A stretch of DNA of 64,000 nt from Squalus acanthias. Lineage: Eukaryota. Positions within the stretch are counted from its first letter, which is position 1; each line of letters opens with the position of its first letter. Made by a program: the position numbers and the translations under genes. The notes beneath the pieces are model-generated. The model made no database searches, was not told where the DNA came from, and saw nothing but the letters and a program-made list of their open reading frames with translations. This document shows positions 12,206 through 24,827 of this stretch, piece by piece. The DNA is taken from assembly GCA_030390025.1 (NCBI GenBank), contig CM059438.1, positions 66,838,001 to 66,902,000 of the forward strand, in the 5' to 3' direction.

Positions 12206-13272
12206 ATGGTGATTCACCAGCTGAGGAGATGGTCCCTGAAGCTGCCACTGGGAGTGATGCTGCAGCTGAGGAGGAAGAGGAAGCCGGAGCATCAGTGCCA
12301 CCCTCTCCCGAGGAAGCCCATGGCCACACTGGGAACACGCCTTCCCCGGAGGGGAGCAGGGGGGAAGGGGCTGATGATGGTGAAGTTCCAGGACCCAGCG
12401 GGCTGCAGCAACGCCATGGGGGGGGGAGGGAAGAACGGGGGAGCAGGGGGGAAGGGGCTGATGATGGTGAAGTTCCAGGACCCAGCGGGCTGCAGCAACG
12501 CCATGGGGGGGGGAGGGAAGAACGGGAGCCTTCTCCCCAGAGGGAGAGTATGCCAGACACTCCTAATGCAATGGACGCAGAGGAGGAGCGGCTGATTGCA
12601 GAAATGAACAGCCAGGCGGTGGTCATGCACACTGAGCTCATGGGTGCAGTGGGAAGGGTGCCCGAATGCATTGAGGCACTGGCAAGGAGTGTGGAGCACT
12701 TCGCTGTAGCACAGGCGGATGCCACACTAAAGCTTACTGCTGCAATTCAGTCACTGGCTGCCAGGAACCCATCTGAGCCTGCTCTCATGCAGACTCAGAT
12801 TGAGGCCACGCGAGCACTGACTGCTGCCATCCTCGATGGTTCGTGCACATGTCCCCGGGGCTGTCACCGCGCCGCAGCAGGCCAGCAATCTGTTCTCCGG
12901 CAAATTGCTCCGGATGCTGAAGTGCTGCCCCGTGGGAGTGCCAGTGTGTCGGGCGAGCAGGGAGTTGCTGTCCTCTCTCACGATGACAGCATTCCTGCTG
13001 CCAACACTGTCACTTCTCCACTGCACTTGCCACCGCCTGTAGGACAGACTGCTGCCGCCCATGCAGAGTTGGTGCAGTCTGCAGCCGGGCCCTCCAGGCC
13101 CAGAAGTGGTCGAGGCCGTCCTTCAGGGGCATCTGCAGTGTCAGGGTCTGACAAGCAGCAGCCTTCCACCAGCCTTGCTGCAGCCACTGAGGTCCCATTA
13201 CGGAGGAGCAGTAGGGTTAGAAGGGGGGAAGTGCGCAAGGGAAGGAGATCACCCTCGAAGGGCAAAAAGTAG
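12206..13272 (+). CDS. Harbinger Myb/SANT-like protein, exon 3 (spliced product ~488 aa)
   Basis: CTTTCAG acceptor joins in phase 1 to the 347-aa ORF. Acidic region, helical segment and basic C-terminus. AATAAA at ~13450. Confidence 0.8.
12352..12525 (+). repeat. 87-bp in-frame tandem duplication in Myb exon 3
   Basis: GSRGEGADDGEVPGPSGLQQRHGGGREER occurs twice. Confidence 0.95.
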
Positions 13273-13566
13273 GAGGTGTGCCAAAATGCTGGTCATTTTT
13301 TTATTAAAGGCCGAGGTTCATGGCCCAACTTTTGTTTAGTGTTTTGGACATTATCTCCAGGTTGTGAGAACCAGTTATGTTATTGACTGTTTTTTTGTGT
13401 TTATTTCTATGAGTTTGTCATGAGGAATTGACACACACAGAGTTTGTACAATAAATAAGTTTCTGTATTCAAAATATACATGGCTGGTGGTTGGAATTAT
13501 TGGTGCCTTGGCCGGCTTAGGGGTTGCGTGCTGGGTTGATTCGTGTTTGTAGCACTGGCAGGGGCC

Positions 13567-14727
13567 CTAGAAGCGGCTTGCTATTAGTCGTTGACGGACG
13601 GCCCTTGCAGTTTGACCATTGTGGGCCGCCCTCCTGCCTTGGTGCTGCTGCTGATCATCGTCCTCGGCCTGTTCCTCCTCTTCCTCCTCCTCCTCTTGTG
13701 GTGCTGCAAGGTCTGGTGGCATTGGCTGCGTCCTGAGGATTGCCATGTTGTGCAACATGCAGCACACCACTACGAATTTGGAAACTTGCTCAGGCGAGTA
13801 CTGCAGGGCTCCTCCGGAATGGTCCAGACAGCAGAATCGTTGTTTGAGCACGCCGATTGTGCGCTCAATAATGTTCCTCGTTGCTTGTTGGCTTTCCTGG
13901 TACCGCAGCTCAGCAGGGGTGTTTGGCGCACGGAGCGGTGTCATCAGCCAGGTGCTCAATGCATACCCCTTGTCCCCCAGAAGCCAACCAACTGGCTGAT
14001 GCGGTGCCTCGAAAATTTCTGCCACAGTACTCTGGCGCAGGATGAAAGCATCGTGGCAGCTGCCCGGATAGTGGGCATTGACAGCGAGAATCACCTGTCT
14101 GTGGTCACAGACCAACTGCACATTCAAGGAATGGAACCCCTTTCTGTTCCGGAACTCCTCTGCATTCTCTCGCGGAGCACGCAAAGCCACATGCGTGCAG
14201 TCAATGGCGCCCTGCACCATGGGGAAGCCCGCTACCCTCGCAAAGCCCATAGCACGGTCATGCTGCTTGTCTGGGGTCATAGGGAAGGAGATGAAGTCTC
14301 GTCTCCTTGTGAAGAGGGCATTGGTGACCTGCCGGATGCAGCGATGCACCGCAAACTGGGAGATATTGGCGAGGTCCCCAACAGCAGCTTGGAATGAGCC
14401 AGTGGCGTAGAAGTTCAAAGCCACTGTGACCTTCACTGCCACCGACAGAGACGTCCTGGACCTCAGCTGAGGCTGCAGATCTGGCTGCAGCAGGTGGCAG
14501 AGCTCAGTGACCACCTCCTTGCTGAATCGCAGCCTTCGCAAACACAGCTCCTCGGACATGTGGATGTAGGAGAGCTGTTCACGATATACCCTGGGAGGGT
14601 AAGCTCTCCTGTACATGCGCCTGATGGGCCTCCTCCGTCTGGCCATCATTGCCACTCTCTGTCTGCGTCTCACTCTCCTCCGATTCAGCTGGAGCAGGAC
14701 GACGCCCCCAATCATTGCAGCCCCCAT
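13567..14727 (-). CDS. Harbinger DDE transposase (HARBI1-like), 386 aa
   Basis: GAIDCTHV, RNRKGFHSLNVQLVCD, PGSCHDAFIL, LLGDKGY, RNIIERTIGVLKQRF. Uninterrupted ORF. Confidence 0.95.
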   Translation of the reverse strand: MGAAMIGGVVLLQLNRRRVRRRQRVAMMARRRRPIRRMYRRAYPPRVYREQLSYIHMSEELCLRRLRFSKEVVTELCHLLQPDLQPQLRSRTSLSVAVKVTVALNFYATGSFQAAVGDLANISQFAVHRCIRQVTNALFTRRRDFISFPMTPDKQHDRAMGFARVAGFPMVQGAIDCTHVALRAPRENAEEFRNRKGFHSLNVQLVCDHRQVILAVNAHYPGSCHDAFILRQSTVAEIFEAPHQPVGWLLGDKGYALSTWLMTPLRAPNTPAELRYQESQQATRNIIERTIGVLKQRFCCLDHSGGALQYSPEQVSKFVVVCCMLHNMAILRTQPMPPDLAAPQEEEEEEEEQAEDDDQQQHQGRRAAHNGQTARAVRQRLIASRF

Positions 14728-15256
14728 CTTCTCTTTGCCAGAAAAGTAATGAGGTACAGCAACGAAAGTAGCAGCAAAGTTAGGATGAACTAGGCCAAAC
14801 TACCTCACAAAGCGTTGAGTCAATGTAGAAGTCTCTCTCTCTCTCTCTCCGAATCTCTCTCTCTCTCTCAGAACGAGTGGTGCATAAATGTCGACCACAG
14901 AAAAAGACAGGAAGAGGCCCCCTTTAAATAGCGCCCCCCCCAGCCCCACACCGATTGATAACGTTCCAGTCTTCCGGTCGTTGGAAGCGCCAGGCGGTAA
15001 GGCAGGGGGCGCCACTCAATTTCCGCTCCGGGGCGCCCCAAGGGCGTTGCACCACGGAATGACGTCACAATCTGCGCGCGCAGGTGGTCGCAGCGGTAAG
15101 TTTTAGCGCCGCCGCACAATCTCAGGTTAAGTTCTCGAGCGGCGCAAACAGCGCTGCGCCCGGGCGTTAGCGCCTTAACGCCCCATTAGCGCCCATTTAA
15201 GGCGCTAACGGGAGGCGCAACCAACTGAATTTTTACCCCTATGACTATGACTATGA

Positions 15257-17250
15257 CTAAAGAGGTAAGGGATAGCAAAAAACTAAAAGAAAAAGCATAT
15301 AAAAATGCAAAAAATAGCACAGACCCTGGCGAATGGGAAAGGTACAAAGAACAGCAAGGGTCACAAAACAGATAGTAAGAGCTACAAAAAGGGAGTATGA
15401 AAAGAAACTTGCAAGGGATATCAAAACCAACACAAAGAATTTTTACAATTATTTAGGAAAAAGAGGGTAGTCAGGAGCAATATTGGCCCCTTAAAAACTG
15501 AAAGCAGTAATATTGTCAATGATAATAAGAAAATGGCGGACATGTTGAATAATTACTTTGCGTCAGCAGAAGAAGAGGATAGCATGCCAGAAATCCCAAG
15601 GAAACTAATATTGAATCAGGGACAGGGACTCAATAAATTTAACATAAGTAAAATAATGACACTAAAGAGTGACAAATCCCCAGGACCAGATGGTTTCCAT
15701 CCCAGAGATTTAAAGGAAGTAGAGGAGCACATTGCAGATGCCCTAACTATAATCTTCCAAGGTTCTCTAGATTCAGGAATCGTCCCTTTAGATTGGAAAA
15801 TTGCACATGCCATTCCGCTATTTAAGAATGGCGAGAGAGGGAAACCAGGGAATTATAGACCAGTTAGCCTAACATCTGTTGTCGGGAAATTGCTAGAGTC
15901 TATAATTAAGGACAGGGTGACTGAACACCTCGAAAATTTTCAGTTGTTCAGAGAGAGCCAGCATGGATTTGTGAAAGGCAGACTATGCCTGACAAACCTG
16001 ATTGAATATTTCGAGGAGGTGACTAAAGTAGTGGACAGGGGAATGTCTATGGATGTTATTTACATGGACTTCCAAAAGGCATTTGATAAAGTCCCACATA
16101 AGAGATTGTTAACTAAGGTAGAAGCCCACGGAATGGAAGACAAATTATTGACCTGGTTAGGAAATTGGCTGAGTGGCAAGAGACAGAGAGTAGGGATAAT
16201 GGGTAGGTACTCAAATTGGCAGGATGTGACTAGTGGCGTCCTGCAGGGATCTGTGTTGGGGCCTCAACTATTCACAGTATTTATTAACGACTTAGACGTT
16301 GGCATAGATTGTCATATATCCAAATTTGCCGATGACACAAAGATAGGTGGTATTGTAGGCAGTGTAGGTGAAAGCATAACATTACAAAGGGATATCAACA
16401 GATTAAGTGAATGGGCAAAACTGTGGCAAATGGATTTCAATATAGGCAAATGTGAAGTCATCTACTTTGGACGTAAAAAGGATAGAACAGGGTACTTTCT
16501 AAATGGTGAAAAGCTAAAAGCAGTGGAGGTCCAAAGAGACTTAGGGGTCCAGGTACATAGATCATTAAAATGTCATGAACAGGTACAGAAAATAATCAAA
16601 AAGGCTAATGGAATGCTGGCCTTTATACCTAGAGGACTAGATTACAAGAGGGTATAAGTTATGCTGCAGCTATACATAACCCTGGTTAGACCACACCTGG
16701 AGTACTGTGAGCAGTTCTGGGCATCACACCTTAGGAAGGATATATTGGCCTTGGAGGGAGTGCAGCGTAGGTTTACCAGAATGATACCCGGACTCCAAGA
16801 GTTACGTTACGAGGAGAGATTACACAAATTAGGGTTGTATTCCCTAGAATTTAGAAGGTTAAGGGATGATCTGATCGAAGTTTTCAAGATATTAAGGAGA
16901 ACAGATAGGGTAGATAGAGAGAAACTATTTCCGCTGGTTGGGGAGTCTGGGACTAGGGGGGCATAGTCTAAAAAATTAGAGTCAGACCTCTCGGGAGTGA
17001 AATTAGGAAAAACTTCTACACACAAAGGGTGGTAGAAGTTTGGAACTCTATTCCGCACACAGCAATTGATACTAGATCAATTGTTAATTTTAAATCGGAG
17101 ATTGATAGCTTTTTGTTAATGAAAGGTATTAAGGGATATGGGGCAAAGGCGGGTATATGGAGTTAGGTCACACATCAGCCATGATCTCATTGAATGGCAG
17201 AACAAGCTCGAGGAGCTCAATGGCCTACTCCTGTTCCATCGTTCCTATTC
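15257..17250 (+). mobile_element. older CR1, 3' piece (RT and 3'UTR), with stops and frameshifts
   Basis: 374-aa ORF with [19 protein letters not shown], followed by a CR1 3'UTR. Confidence 0.95.
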
Positions 17251-17879
17251 CATGCAAAAAAATACCCCTAAGATTTGGCTCTTCCACGGGAGTTGAACTG
17301 TACCTGCTCCTTTATTTGTGTCGCTGCCTTTTAAGATCGGAATTGCTCTCGATCTTCTTGTTCCTTCACCCAGTCGCGCTTCCCGGGCAGCACCTGACAT
17401 CCGCCCTCTCCGTGGTAATGAGGGACGTCAGGAAATCTTGGCGATGTAGTGCTTCCCTGTGCGCAGCCCACTTTAGTTAGCACCTGGAGAGGAATCGTTA
17501 TATCTCCAGACAACTCAGGAGGGCCGGTCAGGACGTCATGCCGCTGCCTTGTACCCGCTGGCTTGTCATTGACCCTGCGAATGGAACGTTTTCATCTGTG
17601 CTTCCTTAGCCTTATCACTATCTAATAGTCCTGTAGTGTCTTCAAAGTTTCTCCTTGTTCCCCCCCAAAATTAAAAATACCTATCCAACATTGCGTTGTA
17701 TGTTATTCATCCTTGGCCGGTCACTTTCCTTAGTCCCAACAACTTTTGTTTCACACAGCACTGAATGATCTCTATCTGGACTTCCTCTTGTGACCCTCAG
17801 TCACTACGTTAACTGAATCATAACCCAATTCTTCATAAAGGGTGTTGATCTCAAATCTTTCTGATACTTGTTTATTTTG

Positions 17880-18135
17880 CCTGTTAAGATGGACATATAA
17901 AGATCACATTCTATTGGAAAAAGAGATGGGGAATTCTGCTGGTGTCCTGGCCAACATTTATCCCTCAGTCAACATCACCGAAAAAAAATTGTCACTGGCT
18001 GTTTGTGGGACCTTGCTGTGCGTAAACTGATTGCTTCTCTTGCCAACAGAACAAAATTGACTGCACTTTAAATGTAATTTCTTCGGGAAGTCCTGAAGAT
18101 GTGAAACGCGAATATATAAATTCCTTCTTTTATAC
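17880..18135 (+). mobile_element. decayed DeuSINE (core and tail)
   Basis: GGTGTCCTGGCCAACATTTATCCCTCA...GCTGTTTGTGGGA.CTTGCTGTG. Confidence 0.75.
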
Positions 18136-18494
18136 ACGTCTCCTGCTTCAATGTTCACAGTCCACGTTAAATAATTAATTCATGTCACACTGTCCAATCC
18201 TCTTTCCATTGTAAAAGCCTGCATCATGTATCCACTCTTTTTCCCTCAATTGAAGCGTAGCTGATTTGTATGCACAGGTTATCTTATAAATGCGGACTAC
18301 AGACAATGTTTGTTGATCTGGAAGCAAGCCGAAATGCGGCAACTAAACCATGCATGTACTTGAATATGCTTAATGGCCATTGTTGTTCATGTGAATTCGG
18401 CCCACTGTGCCTGTGCCCAGTCTTTGATATATAGAACCCTTCTTTTGCAAATCAGCATTCATCCTATTCAATATTGTTTTTGAAAAGGGTCTAA

Positions 18495-19290
18495 TAGAAA
18501 CATAGAAAAATAGGAGCAGGAGTAGGCCATTCAGCCCTTCGAGCCTGCTCCGCCATTCAATATGATCATGGCTGATCCTCTATCTCAATCCCATATTCCC
18601 GCTCTCTCCCCATACCCCTTGATGCCTTTTGTGTCTAGAAATCTATCTATCTCATTCTTAAATATAGGGCAACACGGTGGCATAGTGGTTAGCACTGTTG
18701 CCTCACAGCGCCAGGGACCCGGGTTCGAATCCGGCCTCGGGTGACTGTCTGTGTGGAGTTTGCACATTCTCCCCGTGTCTGCATGGGTTTCCTCCAGGTG
18801 CTCCGGTTTCCTCCCACAGTCCAAAGATGTGCGGGTTAGGTTGATTTGGCTATGATAAATTGACCCTTAGTGTTAGGGGGATTAAATCCTCTGAGTGAAG
18901 AAATTTCTCCTCACCTCAGTCCTAAATGTCCTACCCCGTACCCTGAGACTGTGACTCCTCGTTCTAGATCCCCCAGCCAGGGGAAACATCCTCCCTGCAT
19001 CCAGTCTGTCTAGCCCTGTCAGAATTTTATACGTTTCAATGAGATCCCCTCTCATTCTTCTAAACTCTAGTGAATACAGGCCTAGTCAACCCAATCTCTC
19101 CTCATACGACAGTCCTGCCATCCCAGGAGTCAGTCTGGTGAACCTTCGCTGCACTCCCTCTATGGCAAGTATATCCTTCCTTAGGTAAGGAGACCAAAAC
19201 TGCACACAGTACTCCAGGTGTGGCCTCACCAAGGCCCTGTACAACTGTAGTAAGGCATCCTTGCACCTGTACTCAAATCCTCTTGCAATG
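18495..19290 (-). mobile_element. CR1 3' fragment split by an HE1-like SINE
   Basis: Reverse complement of CR1 3'UTR and RT C-terminus. Confidence 0.9.
18667..18885 (+). mobile_element. V-SINE (HE1-like), 3'-truncated
   Basis: tRNA head (TGGCATAGTGG, GGTTCGAATCC) and V domain GTGTGGAGTTTGCACATTCTCCCCGTGTCTGC...GGTTTCCTCCCACAGTCCAAAGA. Confidence 0.9.
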
Positions 19291-20099
19291 AATCAAATCC
19301 TCTTGCAATATCCGGTTATGGACCGACACTGGGCTTCTGTCCCGAGAGGAGCGGGGGGACAGCAGCTGGACTGTAACCCATTGATGGAGGTCCACAGGCC
19401 ACTGTGTATCTTAAAGAAAGAGAAGGGGGAGCTGAGCTCACATCTGCGCACAGGCCTGAGAAGCAGGAGAAAGGCCCAGCTAGTCCTGCTTGAGAGCAGT
19501 GGCCAGGTAATCATTTCTCTGACTTGTTTTCACATTTGGTGGGGAGGCAGTTCAGTTCACATCGCAGATACAGGTAACCAGTTTGCCACATGTGCACATC
19601 AACAGGTTGCCAGTGTAATTGTACAGGTGCGCATTGCAAGTGATCCCGATGGCAAAATGAAAATTGGCCCCTCTTTCTGCAATTCAGATAAGCACAAGCT
19701 ACAAAGAGAAGGGGAAACTAAATTAACCAAGTGCTGCATACAGCCTCAGGCAGTGAAATAACTCTCTGTATCACATAGATTTCAGTCGTATTATTTAAAT
19801 TAAACACATTTTAAAAAAAAATCACATACTTTATAGCTCCGAGACATATGGAGTGTTTGCAGTTTCATTATAATTGCCTGTTGTATCTTGAAATGCCTTT
19901 TATTCAAATGATTGAAATAATAGGAAATCTTAATTAAAAAAATAATTGTTTGGCTTTGCATAATTATTATTTTTTTTTAAAAAATGAGCTCCACATCAAG
20001 CAGTTTCCAATTAAGCCGGCGAGAAAACTGCATTGTAGTAATTTAGAAATCTTTTAAAAACGATAATTAAAAGACCATGTGAATGTCAGTTCCGGGACA

Positions 20100-23000
20100 G
20101 GGCCGGGACCGATGTCCTAGGGGGAGTGTTTGCTAGTGCTGTTGGGGAGGGTTTAAACTAAAGTGGCAGGGGGTTGGGAACCTGAGCAGGGAGACAGAGG
20201 AAAGGGAAATAAGGATAAAAGCTAAAGACAGGAAGGAGAAAAACAAAAGTAGAAGGCAAAGAACTCAACGGTTTAAATCAAACATGGTCACAGTAAATAA
20301 TAATTCATATAGGTCTGAGAGCGTTAAAAAAACAAGCCTGAAGGCTTTGTGTCTTAATGCAAGGAGCATTCGGAACAAGGTGGATGAATTAGCTGCGCAA
20401 ATAGAGGTAAATGAACACGATTTGATTGGGATTACAGAAACATGGCTCCAGGGTGGCCAAGGCTGGGAACTCAACATCCAGGGTTATTCAATATTTAGGA
20501 AAGATAGGCAAAAAAGAAAGGGAGGTGGGGTAGCATTGCTGGTTAAAGAGGGGATTAACACAATTGAAAGGAAGGATATTAGCTCTGATGATGCGGAATC
20601 TGTATGGGTAGAACTGAGAAATAACAAGGGGCAGAAAACGTTAGTGGGAGTGGTTAAAAGACCTCCAAACAGTAATACGGAGGTTGGGGACAGCATTAAA
20701 AGGGAAATTAGAGAAGCATGCAGTAAGGGCACAGCAGTCATCATGGGTGACTTTAATTTACATATAGATTGGGCTAACCAAATTAGTAAAAATACTGTGG
20801 AGGAGGAATTCCGAGAATGTTTACGAGATGGTTTTCTGGAACAATATGTCGAGGAACCAACCAGAGATCAGGCCATCTTAGACTGGGTATTATGCAACGA
20901 GAAAGGATTAATTAGCAATCTTGTTGTACGAAGCCCCTTGGATCAGAGTGATCGGAATATGATAGAATTCTTCATTAGGATGGAGAGTGAAGTAGTTGAA
21001 TCAGAGACTAGGGTCCTGAATTTAAATAAAGGAAACTACGATAGTATGAGGCGCGAATTGGGTAGGATTGATTGGGGAATGTCACTCAAGGGGTTGACGG
21101 TGGATAGGCAATGGCAAACATTCAAAGACTGCATGGATGAACTACAGAATTTGTACATCCCAGTGTGGCATAAGAATAAAACAAAAAGGGTGACTCAACC
21201 GTGGCTAACAAGGGAAATTAGGGATAGCATAAGATCCAAGGAGAGGGCATATAAATTGGCCAGAAAAAGCGGTAGCCCTGAGGATTGGGAGCAGTTTAGG
21301 ATTCAACAAAGGAGGACAAAGGGATTAATTAAGAAGGGGAAAATAGAATATGAAAGTAAGCTTGCTGGGAACATAAAAACTGACTGTAAGAGCTTTTATA
21401 GATATGTGAAGAGAAAAAGATTAGTGAAATCAAGTGTAGGTCCCTTGCAGTCAGAAGCGGGGGAAGTTATAATGGGGAACAAAGAAATGGCAGCCGAATT
21501 AAATGCATATTTTGGTTCTGTCTTCACAAAGGAGGACACAAATAACCTCCCAGAGATGTTGGAGAACATACGGTCTGATGAAAGGGAGGAACTGAAAGAA
21601 ATCAGTATTTGCAGGGAAATGGTGTTAGGGAAATTGACGGTATTGAAGGCCGATAAATCCCCAGGGCCTGATAATCTACATCCTAGGGTACTTAAGGAAG
21701 TGGCCCTAGAAATAGTAGATGCATTGCTGATCATCTTCCAACATTCGATGGAATCTGGAACTGTACCCATGGATTGGAGGGTAGCTAATGTTACCCCACT
21801 ATTCAAAAAGGGTGGTAGAGAGAAAGGGGGGAATTACAGACCGGTAAGCCTGACATCAGTAGTGGGGAAAATGCTAGAGTCCATTATAAAGGATGTAATA
21901 GCTGAGCATTTGAAAAACAGTGACAGGATCGGACAAGTCAACATGGATTTACAAAAGGTAAATCGTGCTTGACTAATCTGCTGGAATTTTTTGAGGATGT
22001 AACTGGGAAAATAGATAAGGGAGAACCAGTAGATGTGGTGTATTTGGACTTTCAAAAGGCTTTCGATATGGTCCCGCATAAGAGATTAGCGGGTAAAGTT
22101 AAGGCACATGGGATTGGGGGCAAGGTATTGACTTGGATAGAGAACTGGTTGGCGGACAGAAAGCAGAGAGTAGGAATTAATGGGTCTTTTTCCGAGTGGC
22201 AAGCAGTGACTAGTGGGGTACCGCAGGGATCGGTCCTTGGACCCCAGCTATTTACAATATACATTCATGATCTAGATAAGGGAATTAAATGTAATATCTC
22301 CAAGTTTGCAGATGACACAAAGCTGGGTGGGAGTGTGTGCAGCGAGGAGGATAGCGAGAAACTCCAGGATGATCTGGACAGGTTGGGTGAGTGGGCAGAA
22401 GCGTGGCAGATGCAATATAACGTGGATAAGTGCGAGGTTATCCACTTTGGTGTCAAAAACAGAAAGGCAGACTATTATCTGAATGGCAATAGATTGGGAG
22501 AAGGGGAAGTGCAACGAGACCTGGGTGTCCTTGTGCACCAGTCGCTGAAAGTAAGCATGCAGGTGCAGCAGGCGGTAAAGAAGGCAAATGGTATGTTGGC
22601 CTTCATAGCGAAAGGGTTTGAGTATAGGAACAGGGATGTCCTGCTGCAGTTGTACAGGGCCTTGGTGAGACCACACCTTGAGTACTGTGTGCAGTTTTGG
22701 TCGCCTTATCTGAGGAAGGATGTTCTTGCCATGGAAGGAGTTCAGCGAAGATTCACAAGGCTGATACCTGGGATGGCAGGAATGACATATGAGGAGAGAT
22801 TGGGTCGATTGGGCTTATACTCACTGGAGTATAGAAGAATGAGAGGGGATCTCATCGAAACATATAAAATTCTGACAGGTCTGGACAAACTAGATGCAGG
22901 AAGAATGTTCCCGATGGTCGGAGAGTCCAGAACCAGGGGTCATAATCTACAGATAACGGGTAAACCATTTAGGACAGAAATGAGGAAGAATTTCTTCACC

Positions 23001-23240
23001 CAGAGAGTGGTGAACCTGTGGAATTCTCTACCACAGAAGGTAGTTGAGGCGAAGTCATTAAATATATTCAAGGATGAGTTAGATATATTTCTTAAAGCTA
23101 AAGGTATCAAGGGATATGGGGAGAAGGCAGGTACAGGGTACGGAGTTTAGATGATCAGCCATGATCTCATCGAATGGCGGAGCAGGCTCGAGGGGCCGAA
23201 TGGCCTACTCCTGCTCCTATCTTCTATGTATGTTTCTATA
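20100..23240 (+). mobile_element. young CR1 LINE: ORF1 C-terminus, whole ORF2, 3'UTR
   Basis: ORF1 end (GTDVLGGVFASAVGEGLN*), APE endonuclease (LNARSI, ITETW, MGDFN), RT, and TTCTATG tail. Confidence 0.95.
20284..23150 (+). pseudogene. CR1 ORF2 (EN-RT) broken by one frameshift near 21935
   Basis: Overlapping 562-aa and 393-aa ORFs. The frame is lost at the expected SQHGF motif. Confidence 0.9.
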
Positions 23241-23564
23241 AGTATTTTATTATAGCTGACATGTATGTTGTGGAGTGTTCATTTGTCTGAGATAAATTCC
23301 ATAGCGTTCTGTAGGGGTTGAGCTGCCTCACAACTTCTTGGTGTGAATACACGTCAGCTCACAACACCAGCTTGATCATATACTAAGCGCTTTCTGTTTA
23401 CCAATTTTTCTGTGCCAATTTCCTCCCTTTCCTGTCCTCTCCATAAGTAAGTCTTGACAATGACACTTGGCAGATTATTCAACTATTGAGGTAATTGCAG
23501 TTGGGCCTAGTCTTCTCCTTGCCCAGTATTCACGCACGCACACAGGATTGAGAACGCAGACCGA

Positions 23565-24122
23565 TTGCACTCCTGGCTGGCCTCCCACATTCCACCCTAC
23601 GTAAACTTGAGTTCATCCAAAACTCGGCTGCCCATGTCCGAACCCGCACCAAGTCCCGTTCGCCCATCACCCCTGTGCTCGCTGACCTACATTGGCTCCC
23701 GGTTAATCAGTGCCTCGATTTCAAAATTCTCATCCTTGTTTTCAAATCCCTCTATGGCCTCGCCCCTCCCTATCTCTGTATCTCTTTCAGCCCCACAACC
23801 CCCCCGAGATATCTGTGCTCCTCTAATTCTGCCCTCTTGAGCATCCCTGATTATAATCGCTCAACCTTTGGTGGTCATGCCTTCTGTTGCCTAGGCCCTA
23901 AGCTCTGGAATTCCCTCCCTGAACTTCTCTGCCTCTCTACCTCTCTTTCCTCCTTTAAGACGCTCCTTAAAACCTACATCTTTGACCAAGCTTTTGAAGA
24001 CCTGCACTAATTTATCCTTATGTGGATCGGTGTCAAATTTGTTGTCTTAAAATACTCCTATGCAGCGTCTTGGGACATTTTACTACGTTAAAGGCACTAT
24101 ATAAATACAAGTTGTTGTTGTT
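23565..24122 (+). mobile_element. L2 LINE 3' fragment
   Basis: LADLHWLPV...FKILILVFKSL.GLAPPYL...PKLWNSLP...FKTLLKT and a (TTG)n tail. Confidence 0.9.
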
Positions 24123-24827
24123 GCTGTACAATGTACTGTTGGGGAATGATTTAAATGCTAATGCATCAGTAGTGTTCTGAAGTTACTAGGGTGCAACCTG
24201 AGCCAAACCGATCCAAAGTCCACGCAGTTGGCTGCAGTGGACTCTGGTGGTACTGCATGAGGGCAGGACCTTCACTGACCTGAACCAGGTTTGGGGACCA
24301 GACTCTCCCCAGGTTAGGAGATCCACCACGATATCTACAGGCACAGATGAGGTGTGCAAAGAGCCCCAAGTCACGCGCAGAGAGTAACAGTTTACGGCGG
24401 TCCAAGGAGGTCTGGAAAGTGTGAGGTAAATGGGACTGGTGGAAGTTCAGCACCCCGACCCTATATGAGATCAGATAGGCCATGAGCAAGGAACCCGGAG
24501 TGCATTCCAAGCCCATGCGGTCATGTTATCCCGAAGATACATTATTAAGCCACGATTGGCACTTGATATCATTCATAACAAAGTATCTTTGGCTCTGTTG
24601 TCTGCTTGTGTGCAGGAGGCGGGGGGGCAGGGGTGGGGTCCTGCAATTGGTGCAGTAGTTAAGGGCAGAGTGCATTCCTTGGTGGTAGAAGTTGCGAAGT
24701 CAAACATTGGCCACAGAAGCCTCAGGAGAATTGAGCAGCTTTCAGCCATTGTTGTGCACCAGACCTGGCAGTGTGAAGCAGTTTGTCTTTAAGGCAGATA
24801 TGGCCAACGCAATGCCACCTAAGTAAT

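Larger units (their letters stand above)
11006..15239. mobile_element. autonomous PIF/Harbinger DNA transposon
   Basis: TIRs GGGGTAGAAATT / AATTTTTACCCC, 3-bp TSD TAT, two convergent intact genes. Confidence 0.95.

Noticed and set aside
13591..14397. 268-aa + strand ORF
   Set aside because: Antisense shadow of the GC-rich transposase with no recognisable motifs.
13567..14727. Host HARBI1 gene
   Set aside because: It lies between TIRs with a TSD and a partner Myb gene, so it is a transposon ORF.
14832..14870. (CT)n microsatellites here and at ~38890-38915
   Set aside because: Ordinary simple repeats inside transposons.
18667..18745. tRNA gene
   Set aside because: The A/B boxes continue into a SINE body. 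The same holds for the heads at 1497, 29189 and 49045.
24160..24820. GC-richer unique stretch as exon(s)
   Set aside because: Stops interrupt the frames and I could not define a consistent acceptor/donor pair.
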